A stretch of 64,000 nucleotides of DNA. Origin: Eledone cirrhosa. Taxonomy: Eukaryota. This document shows positions 12,777 through 26,081 of this stretch, one piece after another. The notes below the pieces were generated by a model, which saw only the letters and a program-made list of their open reading frames with translations, did not search any database and was not told the DNA's origin. The stretch is from the NCBI GenBank assembly GCA_964016885.1, contig OZ024741.1, forward strand, positions 74,462,001 to 74,526,000. Direction: 5' to 3'. Made by a program: the position numbers and the translations under genes. The stretch's first letter is position 1. The number at the start of each line of letters is the position of its first letter.

Positions 12777-15735
12777 CATATAGATTGATACACACATGTG
12801 TGTATGTATATATATGTATAATATACATACACATACAGAGAGAGAGAAAGAGAGACAAACATACACAGACAGAGACAAATAAATAGGTAGATATACATTA
12901 ATAGATATAGATATGGAGAGACAAACAGACAAATATGGATAGCTAGATGATAGAAAAATAGAGGGATAAATGGGAAGATAAAAAGCCAGAGAGAAGGACA
13001 CAGACTTATATATATAATAAGATGGCATAATTTCAGTATATTGCTCACACCTGACTTCATTTCATCATAACTTTCTTAATGTATATTTTGCAGAGAGACA
13101 TTTTTGAAGGTGTAGATAGTAATTTTGCAGATAAAATTAGAAAAAAAAATGTCTCTTTCACTCAGGAAAACTATAGGAAATTGTGTGTGATCTTAAAATG
13201 AAGGATTACTTAATTTATCTATAAAATACTTATTATACAATTTATATATGATTTACAGACAAGTTAAATGAATACAATGTAAAGATAGACAGATGTGTGT
13301 GTTGCACCATAATAACATACAACCAGTACATCCTGTAAAGTGTTAGCGTTCATATCACAATAAAATGCCCTCAGTACACTCTGTAAAGTGGTAGTGCTGG
13401 TGTCACCATACATGCACCTTGCATATCATGTAGTGTGGTTTTTATTAGGAAGGGCATCCACATGGAACATAATGAGCAAGATTAGTCACTTTGACCTGTC
13501 TGGTCTTGGGAGTATGACAACCCATGCCAGATAATAATTGTTTCTACTTTTGGCACAAGGCCAGCAATTACTCAGTGTATTACTGGTACTTTATTTTATC
13601 GACCCCGTAAGGATGAAAGGCAAAGTTAACCTAGGCGGGATTTGAACTCAGAACGCAAAGGGCCATAAACTCTATGCTCAAAGGGCCATAAGCTCTACCG
13701 ATACTGCCAAACCCTATAGAAAGAATAGTAATAATATACATTATATATGGTGTACAACAGGCTTCTGAAGCTACAGTAAAATACACATACCCAAGATGTC
13801 ATGTGGTGGGACTGAACCACATAGTTACAATGTGAATTCCTTAACCATACATCAATAACTGCACCTTTACATTCTGAGTTCAAAACCTGCCAAGGTCTTT
13901 CATCCTGTTGGGGTGGGGATGGAACAAACTAAATACACCCCAGCAATAAATGGGTAAGATTTAATCAACTATACATTTGCCCCCACTCAAATTTCAGTCA
14001 TTTGTACCTATATAGAAAATCAATAATTATACTGTCATTAGCATTCCACTTCTTTAATTAACAAAATCCTGTTAATTAGAAAGACAGGGTTGTTGATTAT
14101 CTCTACAGATAAATTTAGAACATATTAAGAAACTCATTTAGGAATACTAACTGCATTCGTTATGCATTCCCTAATTATACTGTAAACCATTCCTCTGGCT
14201 CCACTAACTTTACAAAATCACTGACATCATTTCCAAATTAAAACAAATGTCGATTTTTTTCTCTCACATGAGCTTCAAAACAACTTCACCTTATTCACCC
14301 TACTTTGAACTGACTCTTCCTCCATCTTTTGCTCTTCACATCAAAAAGGAGAAAAAAAAGAAAGAAGTTAATTGTTAGATCAAACTAATGTGCCCTTTGG
14401 TCTTTTCATTGTTAATACTATTTGCCGGCTGTGACCCCTGGTGAAAAAAGGAGCCAATCATCAGATCAGACCATGGAAACAATGATTCCATTGGGCTTTC
14501 CAAACTGATACTATCTGCCAGTTGCAAATCATGGCAGAAGAAAGAAGTCAATCAACAGATCTGATCTAGGAAACTATGTGTCTATTGGTCTTTCCATTGC
14601 AGATACTATTCTGTGAGCCATAAACCCTGGAAGAAGGAGGCAAGATTTGAACTCAAATCAAACAGACCCGGATCAGATACTGCAAAGTAACCTGTTTGAC
14701 TTTTTAACAATTCCACCAAATTCACTACTTCTTGACTGGTACTTAGTATGTGTGTATTGACTAATAACTCTTGATAGAGTTGTAGCAGTTCCATCATGAT
14801 ACACACCAGTGTACCTGGGAAATTTTAAGCCTGGCAGAGCCCATCTCCCTCCAGAATTGGACACAGCCAATTTCTTCCAGAGAAGGAGAGAGAGAGTGAG
14901 AAAATGTGAAAGATATGTAGGGAAAGAATCTATCCCAGTACTTGATTGGTACACTATTCATTGACCCTGAAAGGATGAAAAGCAAAGTTAACTTCAGTAA
15001 GATTTGAACTCACAGTGCAACCTGTCAATTTGCTGCCCTCATTAATCCTCCCACCATTACTCATTTTACAACATAGCTAAATCATGTCCTGATGCTCTCT
15101 CTTCTTCTTTCTTCAATAGATAATTGTTTCTACTTTTGGCACAAGGCCAGCAATTACCCAGTACATTACTGGTACTTTATTTTATCGACCCAGTATGGAT
15201 GAAAGGCAAAGTTAACCTTGGCGGGATTTGAAATCAATTTATTTCACTCCCCATGGCACCTCAGCAGACTTCAACTTTTCTATTAATTCTCTAGTGGATT
15301 AATTTTTGTTGGTTCAGAAAACCAGCACCATCATCATCACCATCAGTGCACCCACCACAAGTAGCACTACTACCAGCACAGTGTTGATGACACCACTACC
15401 ATGACCTCGCAACTCTCATCACAATGACCACCACCATTATCAGAGTACCACTAATACCATCACCCTCACCATGATCACACATGAATATTAAAATCACCAC
15501 GATGACAATCACTGTTACAAATTCTAGATTTTAAACTTTTCAGTAATGTTTAATATCATACATTCATCATCATCATTATTTTACATCTGCTTTCCATGCT
15601 GACATGGATTGGACGGGTTTCACCGAGAACGGTTGGAAAATGTCTCTCATACATCCCATTTTTCCATGGTTTCTACAGTTGGATGCAATTCCTAATGCCA
15701 ACCCCTTTACAGAATGTAATTATACCTACACATAA

Positions 15736-15773
<38 letters not shown>

Positions 15774-16506
15774 CTAGTGCCCTATGGGAGGCCAGTATTA
15801 GAATGGCCCCTCCACTATATAGCGGAGGCCTCAATGGACCCTGAAATCTAAGGTTGCATGTACATGTTAAGTGTATGAAATTTCAATTATACTAAATAAG
15901 CTCATGCAATAGATTGAGCATTGCTGTCCTTCGCTTTTTATATACAGATATATAATAAAAGGCCTGATCACATTCCTCTCTCTCACTTTCTATCCTTCTC
16001 TGGAAGAAATCTACCGTGTTCAAACCTTGAGAAGAGATGGGCTCTGCCTAGCTTAAATGTCCAAGAAACACTGTATGTCACTATGATGCCCCTACAACTC
16101 CACTAAGATTTACAGGTCCATACATACAGCTATATCTATCTACCTACATATTGATCTTTGAGCAATAAAAACAACATCATCTATCTATCTACCTAGATAG
16201 TTACCCATCTGTCTGTATATCTATTTACCTACCTATCTGTTTATCTATATCTCACTCTCTCTGCCTACATCTTGCTCTCTCTGTCTACCTTAAACTCACT
16301 TTGTCTCTCTTTTTTCCTGCCTGCCTGCCTATCTATCTAGATAGATGTATATTTACCAATGTATCTATCTATCTAAAGTCAAGAACAACAATAACAACTT
16401 AAACAAAGCACAAACCTCTATAGCACTCCGGGGTTAGATAGAACATTGATACATCGATAGAACAAAGTCATCATAATCTAGTAGATATATGTTTGAGAAT
16501 GATTAA

Positions 16507-16716
16507 CCCTTTAGCATTTAAACCGGCCATATCCAGCCAGAATTCTCTCACCTCTTTCTATTCAAACCGGTTGCAACTGGCTGCTAATACAGACATTAAG
16601 GTATTGTTCTAAAGATAAATAATATCAAAATCTCATAGATTCGATATTATGTGAGATAAAGCATTTACTGTGAAAATATAATAGTACATATATACAGTAA
16701 TGTAAATGCAAAAGGG
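16507..16716. mobile_element. piggyBac-like MITE, family 1
   Basis: TTAA|CCCTTTAGCATTTA...TAAATGCAAAAGGG|TTAA; other copies at 5559-5775 and 61111-61327. Confidence 0.8.
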
Positions 16717-17006
16717 TTAAAGAAAATATGGAAGAAAATTATTGTAATTGAATTAAACCAATGTAAAATGAAATATGGCAATGGCCAGAGTGACAAGAGG
16801 TAGAAGGTTGAGGATAACCGAAAAGTAAAGAATCTTTAGGTAGGATTTTTCTACAGTGATCCCAAAATTGTTTATGGGTAATATGCTAGTGTGTGTGTGT
16901 GTACAAATAACTAACCAATTTTCAGATTCGACCAGAGAAACTTTGTGTCGATTGATCTATCCATTGCTGATAATATCATCTAACATATATATATATATAT
17001 ATATAC

Positions 17007-17037
<31 letters not shown>

Positions 17038-17068
17038 CATACATATATACATACATATATATATACAT

Positions 17069-17676
17069 GGTGGCTGCCAACTCGTTTTCGAGTACGGCCA
17101 CTACTTTATATCCATGTAGGAGAACCCCTACCGATGCGATGAACAAGTGTGACTTTTTAGTCCAGCCAGCGACTTGAAAACTCTGGTACAAACACTACAC
17201 TTGTGACATTTATTGACACATAGTGCTGGGCCCATGGTACCATGTGACGACAAGGGCAGAGAGATCTCAAGATATAAAGCAATGCCTGTGCCGTGAAGCT
17301 TTTATAGTGAGCAAATGCACTGCACAAAGCCAGTCCCACTCTCTTAACCAAGATGATATTTACCAAAATGAAGAACAAGTCAACATCATTGGATAAGATC
17401 AGGGTTTCAGGTGTTATATCAGAGTTTTCCATCTCCTAGAATTCTGCCTTGACAAAGGCTAAGGGGTCATCTCTCCCGGCGATTCTGGATGGCCATTGAC
17501 TATTAAGAGCTCCTTTGCCCTTTGACAGGTTTTGTTTTTAGTCCTGCAGGATGTCCAAAGTCACCCTCCTCACCGAGAAACCTTGGTGGGGTTGCCAGTT
17601 TAGTCGCCAACGACCCGACCATGGGACAGGTTGTACTGGGATACATGTTACCAGTAGCACCAACTGGTGACCTGAC
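17069..17676 (-). mobile_element. Non-coding non-autonomous retroelement, probably RTE-derived (longest copy)
   Basis: Near-identical to 18941-19323 and 19338-19891. Contains CTAGGAGA(T/A)GGAAAACTCTGA, recalled from RTE 5' UTRs. Copies share one fixed end and are variably truncated at the other. Confidence 0.7.
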
Positions 17677-17795
17677 ATACATATATATATACATACATAC
17701 CCCGTCTAACCCATGCTAGCGTGGAAGAACGGACGTAAAACAGTGATGATGATGATGATACATACATATATACATACATACATACATACATATAT

Positions 17796-18407
17796 GATGG
17801 CTACCCCCTCATTATCGAGTATGGCCATTGCACGATATAACATTATTAATAATTATTAATTAATTAATTCGTGCAATGCCTGTGCGTGAAGATATTTTTT
17901 AAAGTCAGGAATGACTGCACACTGAGCCAATCCTACTCTCTGAGAGACAGTAGCCATAACACGAACAGAAGAAAAGATCAACATCATCGGTAGCTACTGA
18001 GCTACAGGTTTTATATTGGAGTTATCCCAGTCTCCTGAGTTGCTTTCTCCTAGAAGAATGCCCTGACAAAGGCTAGGGGTCCTTCACTCCCAGTTGTTTA
18101 ACCGCGCGATCGGGTATCCAGCCGACTATTTCTATGTCCCCGCGCATATACATATACCCATGTATATACACATATACATATATATGTCCATGTGTATATA
18201 CATATTCACACACTTTTGGATAGCCGTTGACTCTTATGAGTTCTTCCACCCTTTGTCAGGTTTTGTTTTTTGTCCTGCAGGGTATCCAAAATCACCCTCC
18301 TCACCAAGTAAACTTGGTGGGGTTGCCGGTTTAGTTGCAGACGACCCAAGCACGCGACAGGTTGTACTGGGTTACATGTTACCAGAAGCACTCAAGAGTG
18401 ACCCGAC
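17796..18407 (-). mobile_element. Diverged subfamily copy of the same non-autonomous element
   Basis: Collinear blocks shared with 17069-17676, e.g. GGTGGGGTTGCC, GACAGGTTGTACTGGG, TCTCCTAGA, GACAAAGGCT. Confidence 0.7.
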
Positions 18408-18432
18408 ATATACACACATGTATATACATATA

Positions 18433-18780
18433 TGGAGGCACATGGCTTAGTGGTTAGAGCATTGGCCTTGCAATCAAAAGGTTGTGAGTTCAATTCTCAG
18501 ACCGGGTGATGTGTTGTTTCCTTGAGCTAGACACTTTATTTCACATTGCTCCAGTTTACTCAGCTGTAGAAATGAGATGATAGGGACTGGGATCCCTATC
18601 ATTCCACTGCAAAGTGGTCGTGGAGGCGCCACGGAAAAAAGCACCCAGCACTCACTGTAAATGAGGTTGGTGTTAGGAAGGGCATCCAGCTGTAGAAATC
18701 AAGCCAGAATCAGTTCCCGTCCCACCCTTGCAAGCAGGGAAAAAGCGGACGTAAAATGAAATGAAAAAAATGATGAAATG
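18433..18780 (+). mobile_element. tRNA-derived CORE-like SINE with RTE tail, full length
   Basis: A box TGGCTTAGTGG, B box GAGTTCAATTC, CORE-like CCTTGAGC.AGACACTT..CAGCTGTAGAAATG, RTE-derived tail. Other copies at 7790-8186(-), 20985-21270(+), 23807-24130(-), 25670-25980(-), 44815-45184(-), fragment 60940-61075(-). Confidence 0.88.
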
Positions 18781-18940
18781 ATATATACATATATACATAT
18801 ACATACATACATACATATATATACATACATACATACATATACATACATATATATATACATGCATACATGCATATATACATACATACATATTCATACATAT
18901 ATACATATATATGTATACATATATACATACATACATACAT

Positions 18941-19891
18941 GGTGGCTGCCAACTCGTTTTCGAGTACGGCCACTATTTTATATCCATGTAGGAGAAGCCC
19001 TACCGATGCGCGGAACGAGTGTGACTTTTTAGTCCAGCCAGCGACTTGAAAACTCTGGTACAAACACTACACTTGTGACAATTATTGACACGTGACGACA
19101 AGTGCAGAGAGATCTCCAGATATTAAGCAATGCCTGTGCCGTGAAGTTTTTATAGTGAGCAAAGGCACTGCACAAAGCCAGTCCCACTCTCTTAACCAAG
19201 ATGATATTTACCAAAAAGAAGAACAAGTCAACATCATGGGATACCATCAAGGTTGCAGGTGTTATATCAGAGTTTTCCTTCTCCTAGAATTCTGCCTTGA
19301 CAAAGGCTAAGGGGTCATCTCTCATACATATATACATGGTGGCTGCCAACTCGTTTTCGAGTACGGCCACTACTTTATATCCATGTAGGAGAACCCCTAC
19401 TGATGCGCTGAACGAGTGTGACTTTTTAGTCCAGCCAGCGACTTGAAAGCTCTGGTACAAACACTACACTTGTGACAATTATTGACACATAGTGCTGGGC
19501 CCATGGTACCATGTGACGACAAATGCAGAGAGATCTCCAGATATAAAGCAATGCCTGTGCCGTGAAGCTTTTATAGTGAGCAAAGGCACTGCACAAAGCC
19601 AGTCCCACTCTCTTAACCAAGATGATATTTACCAAAAAGAAGAACAAGTCAACATCATTGGATACCATCAGGGTTGCAGGTGTTATATCAGAGTTTTCCT
19701 TCTCCTAGAATTCTGCCTTGACAAAGGCTAAGGGGTCATCTCTCCCGGTGATTTTGGATGGCCATTGACTCTTAAGAGCTCCTTTGCCTTTTGACAGGTT
19801 TTGTTTTTAGTCCTGCAGGATGTCCAAAGTCACCCTCCTCACCAAGAAACCTTGGTGGGGTTGCCAGTTTAGTCGCCAACGACCCGACCAT
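18941..19891 (-). mobile_element. Two tandem truncated copies of the 17069 element
   Basis: 18941-19323 and 19338-19891, separated by 14 nt of microsatellite. Confidence 0.85.
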
Positions 19892-19998
19892 ATATACATA
19901 CATACATATATACATACATATATATATATATACATACATATATATATATACATACATATATATATATATATATACATACATATATATATATACATACA

Positions 19999-20032
<34 letters not shown>

Positions 20033-20221
20033 CATACATATATATATATATATACATACATACATATATACATACATATATATATACATACATACATATA
20101 TATATACATACATATATATATACATACATACACATATATATACATACATATATACACATATATATATATATATACATATATACATACATACATTTATACA
20201 TACATACATACATATATATAT
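19892..20221. repeat. (TA)n/(TACA)n compound microsatellite
   Basis: Direct reading. Similar tracts at 18780-18940, 22290-22508, 24598-24773, 25560-25668, 50340-50556. Confidence 0.95.
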
Positions 20222-20901
20222 GAATAAAGTTAGTCCTTCATCAGTGATCTTCCAACCATCATTGGTATTTCATCGCTTTAAAGACCATATACCTCCAGTT
20301 GGTGTGAGTAACGGCTAAAAAAAGTCGTTGGGACACGTAAATAAAGGGGACACGAGAGTGTAAACAAACAAAGATGGTGAAGCAACGAAAAGTGAGGAAG
20401 AACGAGTCAAGTCCCAAATTTCCATGAATATATGTTCGGTGAAATCGTGAACGAGAGAGAATAAAGACCATCAAACCTGGTTGGAATGTGAGCAAGGAAG
20501 GAATTCCGCACAGGTCTAACGGGAGGAAGAAGGAATCTAGTCCTTGAATTCGGTGAACGTAAGTTCTGTGAAATCGTAGACGATAGAGAGAAAAAAGGCG
20601 AACCAGCAAGACCAAGTGTGCGAAAGAAAAGAATTACGCACAGGTCAAACGGGAAGAAGGAGGAGGAGGAGGAGAGGTAGTAACAGAGAGTGAGTGAGTG
20701 AAGGGTGAGGAAGAGGCTAACAGAGAGAGTGACTGTTAGAGAGGGTAAAGATAGAGAGAAAGAGGAAGCAGTAAGAACGAAATAGACGAGTCACAGCGGG
20801 AAAAAAAAATATGTGTAAATATGAGAATAAACGTGCTGCGTGGTTGCAAATGGGTTACATATGAACCCATTTGCAACCACGCAGCACGTTTATTCTCATA
20901 T
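20222..20901 (-). mobile_element. Unclassified insert with terminal 38-bp perfect hairpin, possibly PLE-derived
   Basis: Palindrome 20819-20856/20864-20901; diverged approximately 127-bp tandem repeat at 20395-20660; lone CTGATGA on minus at about 20240; microsatellite flanks. Confidence 0.5.
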
Positions 20902-21390
20902 ATATATATATACATATATATACATATATATATACATATATATACATAAATATACATATATATATACATATATACATACATATTCAATTCTCAGACCGAG
21001 TGATGTGTTGTTTCCTTGAGCTAGACACTTTATTTCACATTGCTCCAGTTTACTCAGCTGTAGAAATGAGATGGTAGGGACAGGGGTCCCTATCATTCCA
21101 CTGCAAAGTGTTCGTGGAGGTGCCACAGCAAAAAAGCACCCAGCACTCACTGTAAATGAGGTTGGTGTTAGGAAGAGCATCCAGCTGTAGAAATCAAGCC
21201 AGAATCAGTTCCCGTCCCACCCTTGCAAGCAGGGAAAAGTGGACGTAAAATGAAATGATGATGATGATGATATATATACATATATACATACATACATTTA
21301 TACATACATACATTTAAGCATACATACATTTATACATACATACATATATATATACATATATACATATCTACATATATATACATATATATA

Positions 21391-22289
21391 TCTGTATATA
21401 TATAAAATTAAGTATGTGTGTGTGTATGTGTGTCTGTGTATTACCTATAGGGGCCTACATCTTACGACCGGTTTTCATGAATCTTTACAGGCTCATAGAT
21501 TTGTCATCGGGGAGGGTTTTCTATATATCAGCATGTCATTTTTTAATTCCGGGGTCATTCTGCAGATAAAAATCGATAAGGGGGTCACCTTTTTTTAGGT
21601 ATTTGAAAAATAAGAATTTTGCCACCCTTTTCGTTCAAATTTTAAAGCAAAATACAAGTTATCATTGCACATCCTGTAATCGCTTTATATTTTGCATTTG
21701 ATGTTCAGGGATGGTGTGGCAGCCGCTTAAATATTCAAAAATACCACTTTTAGACTCAAATTTCAACTTTTTCAGCTCTAGCTTCCACATTAATCAACCT
21801 ACTTTGTTCAAATTTCACACTAGGCTAGATCTGATTATTTCACATCTTAAAGTGGCTTTACATTTTGGATATTTTGTTCAGGAACGGCGTGGCAGCCGCT
21901 TAAATATTCAAAAATATCACCTTCTAGCTCAAATTTCCACCTTTTCGGCTCTAGCTCCCACATTTTCAACCGATTTCATTCATATTCGAAACAGCATGCC
22001 CCTTTATAAGGGAAACCTACGTTTCCCAGTGATATAGGTCATCACCACCCTCATGGCCTATGTGTGGAAACGTTCCCTGGCAAAGAACGTATTATCTTCG
22101 TTTTTTCCGTTCTTTACCAGGGAACGTTTCCACGAACCAAAGTATCGTCTTCCTGTCTTCCTTCGGTTGCAACGTTTTTCGAAATATTTACTTCTGCGTT
22201 CACAGATTGATTTTTTTTAGTTTCAGAAGATCCCATTAAGGGTGAAAGCACCGATTCTTTGCTTAAACTTTAATCTGTTATTTTAATAA

Positions 22290-22290
<1 letters not shown>
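21391..22290 (+). mobile_element. Possible non-autonomous Helitron/Helentron-type element
   Basis: Starts TCTGTATATATATAAAATT followed by a (TG)-like tract; approximately 174-bp internal tandem repeat (21700/21874); 26-bp hairpin 22064-22133; no clear CTRR end. Confidence 0.4.
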
Positions 22291-22352
<62 letters not shown>

Positions 22353-22358
22353 CACACA

Positions 22359-22390
<32 letters not shown>

Positions 22391-22587
22391 CACATATATA
22401 TATATATATACTTATATATATATATACACATATATATATATATATATATACATATATATATACATACTTATATATATTTGTATACATATATATATATACA
22501 TATATATACCAAGGGCGGTGCCCCAGCATGGCCTCAGCCGGATGGCTGGAACAGGTAAAAGAGTAAAAGAGTATACATATATATATA

Positions 22588-23225
22588 TCATCATCATCAT
22601 CATCATTTTACGCTTTTCCCTGCTTGCAAGGGTGGGATGGGTCTTATTCAGCACAGCATCTCTCCATCTGTCACGGTCCTTCGTCATCTCCAAGGTGAAC
22701 TTCAGGTCTGTTCTCACCACCTCCGCCCATGTTTTTCATGGTCTACCTCTACCACGTCTTCCTTCAACTGGAATTTCCTGGCACTTCTTTACCTATCGGT
22801 CATCCTCCATACGCATCACATTTCCATACCACCACCTCAGTCTCCTCTCTCGCACACTACATTCTATCCCTCTCAGACACAGTTTCTCTCTCAACACATA
22901 CATGCTAGGTTGTTCACGCACATTGACATTGCACATCCAACGGAGCATGCTTGCCTCATTTCTCTCCAGCCGTCGCATATCCTCTGCAGTTGCTGCCCAT
23001 GTCTCACTACCATACAGCATCACGCTCCTCACACAGGCATCATACAACAGGTACGCAGGGAGAAACCTTTCTTCATCAGCAGAGGAAGCAGAACCCTAAA
23101 CTTCTTCCAACCCGACCATATTCTAGATACTATGGCCTCGGAACACCCCCTCCCATGCTAATCTGATCTCCTAGGTACCGGAAGCTATCCACTACTTCTA
23201 TAGCACCCGCCTGCATTTGAAAAAT
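22588..23225 (-). mobile_element. RTE LINE 3' end (tail type A)
   Basis: IEVVDSFRYLGD...YGSETW...RRLRW; same tail as 6876-7403. Confidence 0.92.
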
Positions 23226-23391
23226 GTGTCTATCAATGTGACTTCTACATATACACACACACATAAATATATATATATATATGTATATATATATGTATAT
23301 ATAGATATACATAAGATACAGGGAACGGCGAGAGTCTATGGCTCCGTTAAAGTATCGTGATCTAGATATATACATATATATATATATACAA

Positions 23392-23800
23392 AAGCCGACC
23401 ATACCCAATTACACCTCTCCAAGGCGATGACACACGACCGTGACCTCTGGCGTCACGCAGTAATACAGAGTACCCGACCTCCCATGGGTACAAGCTGAAG
23501 CATATAGACAATATGCGGCCACACCCTCCCACTGCAAGGTGGTCGTGGAGGTGCCACAGCAAAAAAGCACCCAGCCCACACTGTAAACTGGACATGTAGG
23601 CGCCACGAAAAAGCACCCAGCACTCACTGTAAATGAGGTTGGTGTTAGGAAGAGAATCCAGCTGTAGAAATCAAGCTAAATCAGTTCCTGTATGAGCAAG
23701 GCATGGTCAGCCGACCAGACACTGCCCACAACAGGAAAACCCGTCTAACCCATGCTAGCGTGGAAGAACGGACGTAAAACGGTGATGATGATGATGATGA
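23392..23800 (+). mobile_element. RTE 3' end (tail type B)
   Basis: Matches 1220-1640 and 25100-25516. Confidence 0.88.
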
Positions 23801-24152
23801 TACATATCATCATCATTTCATCATCATTTCATTTTACGTCCACTTTTTCCCTGCTTGCAAGGGTGGGACGGGAACTGATTCTGGCTTGATTTCTACAGCT
23901 GGATGCCCTTCCTAACACCAACCTCATTTACAGTGAGTGCTGGGTGCTTTTTTGCCGTGGAATGATATGGACCGCAGTCCCTATCATCTTATTTCTACAG
24001 CTGAGTAAACTGGAGCAATGGGAAATAAAGTGTCTTGCTCAAGGAAACAACACATCACCCGGTCTGAGAATTGAACTCACAACCTTTCGATTGCAAGGCC
24101 AATGCTCTAACCACCAAGCCATGTGCCTCCATATATATATACATATATATAT

Positions 24153-24597
24153 ACCTCTCCAAGACAATGTCACTGGACCGAGACCTTTGGCGGTACTCAG
24201 TAACAGAGAAGACCCGCCTTGCCAGTAGGCATCTCTAACAAAATACACCCCGTCCCGCCACCACCCCCACCCCATCCACACCACCCCGTTCTATGTAAAG
24301 TTATGTTGGTGCCGCGCCATCCAGGCCGAAACAAATGAGATCGTGTAGGTGTCACGACAAAAAAACACACAGTCCACGCTGTAATGTGGCCGTGTAGGCA
24401 ACACGGTAAAAACCTCCCAGAGCCACACTGTAAATGTGGTTGGTGTTAGGAAGGGCATCCAACTGTAGAAAACCTGCCAGACAGTCCTATGCGAGCAAGA
24501 CAATCACTCTTGATTCAAGTGGGACTACCCCCGTCCAAACCCATGCAAGCGTGGAACACGGACGTTAAACGTTGATGATGATGATGATGATGATGAT
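24153..24597 (+). mobile_element. RTE 3' end (tail type C)
   Basis: Matches 46627-47088. Confidence 0.9.
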
Positions 24598-24607
24598 ACA
24601 TATATAC

Positions 24608-24658
<51 letters not shown>

Positions 24659-24739
24659 CATATAGACATATATATATATACATATAGACATATATATATA
24701 CATATAGACATATATATATATACATATATACATATATAC

Positions 24740-24773
<34 letters not shown>

Positions 24774-24774
24774 G

Positions 24775-25516
24775 TCTATGCGTGTATACGAACAGCAATG
24801 TTACATGGTAGCGAGATCTGGGCGCTGTCTGTGGAAGACTTGCGTAGATTAGAAAGAAACGAAGCCTGCATGCTCCGATAGATGTGTAATAGTAATATAT
24901 GCGAACGGCAAAGCATAAATGAATTGAGAGAGAGAGACTGAGCATAAGAGGAATCAAATGCTGTGTGCAGGAGAGGCGGTTGCGTTGGTATGGACATGTG
25001 ATGCGTATGAAGTATGACAGCTGCATAAAAAGGTGCAGAGCACTAAAAGTCGATGGAAACCGTGGAGTGGGGATACCCAAGAAGACCTGGGATGAAGTGA
25101 TAAAAGCTGACCTTACCCTCTTACACCTCTCAAAGGTGATGACACACGACCGTTACCTCTGGCGTCACATAGTAATACAGAAGCCCCAACTCCCTACAGG
25201 TACAAGCCGAAGCTGAAGCATATAGACAATATGCCTGCACACCCTCTCACTGCAAAGAGGTCGTGGAGGTGCCACAGCAAAAAAGCACCCAGCCCACACT
25301 GTAAAAAGGACGTGTAAGTGCTATGGAAAAAAGCACCCAGCACTTACTGTAAATGAGGTTGGTGTTAGGAAGGGCATCCAGCTGTAGAAATCAAGCCAGA
25401 ATCAGTTCCCGTATGAGCAAGACAAGGTCAGCCGACCGGACACTGCCCACAACAGGACAACCCGTCTAACCCATGCTAGCGTGGAAGAATGGACGTAAAA
25501 CGGTGGTGATGATGAT
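24775..25516 (+). mobile_element. RTE LINE 3' end (tail type B)
   Basis: [28 protein letters not shown] plus about 300-bp UTR and GAT tail. Confidence 0.92.
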
Positions 25517-25556
25517 ATATATATACTCTTTTACGTGTTCCAGCCATCTGGCTGAG

Positions 25557-25612
<56 letters not shown>

Positions 25613-26081
25613 TATATATATACATATATATATATATATACATATATATTTACATATATACATATATTATCATTTCATTTTACGTTCCCTTTTTCCCTGC
25701 TTGCAAGGGTGGGACGGGAACCGATTGAGGCTTGATTTCTACAGCTGGTGCCCTTCGTAACACCGCAACCTCATTTACAGTGAGTGATGGGTGCTTTTTT
25801 GCTGTGGCGCCTACACGTCCACTTTGCAATGGAATGATAGGGACCCCAGTCCCTATCATCTCATTTCTAAGGTTGAGTAAACTGGAGCAATGTGAAATAA
25901 AGTGTCTTGCTCAAGGAAACAACACATCATCCGGTCTGAGAATTGAACTCACAACCTTTCGATTGCACGGCCAATGCTCTATATACATAAATATATACAT
26001 ATATATATATACATATGTATATATACATATATATATATACATATATACAATATGTATATATACATATATATATATACATAT

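Noticed and set aside
18433-18505. tRNA-like sequence
   Set aside because: SINE head; repeated in the window with the same CORE-like body and lacking a complete cloverleaf.
20225-20250. CTGATGA on minus as a hammerhead
   Set aside because: Runs into microsatellite with no GAAA or stem I partner; at best a truncated remnant.
19772-20318. Long YI/HT/CM-rich ORFs here and at 18.7, 22.3, 24.5 and 50.3 kb
   Set aside because: Translations of TA/TACA microsatellites.
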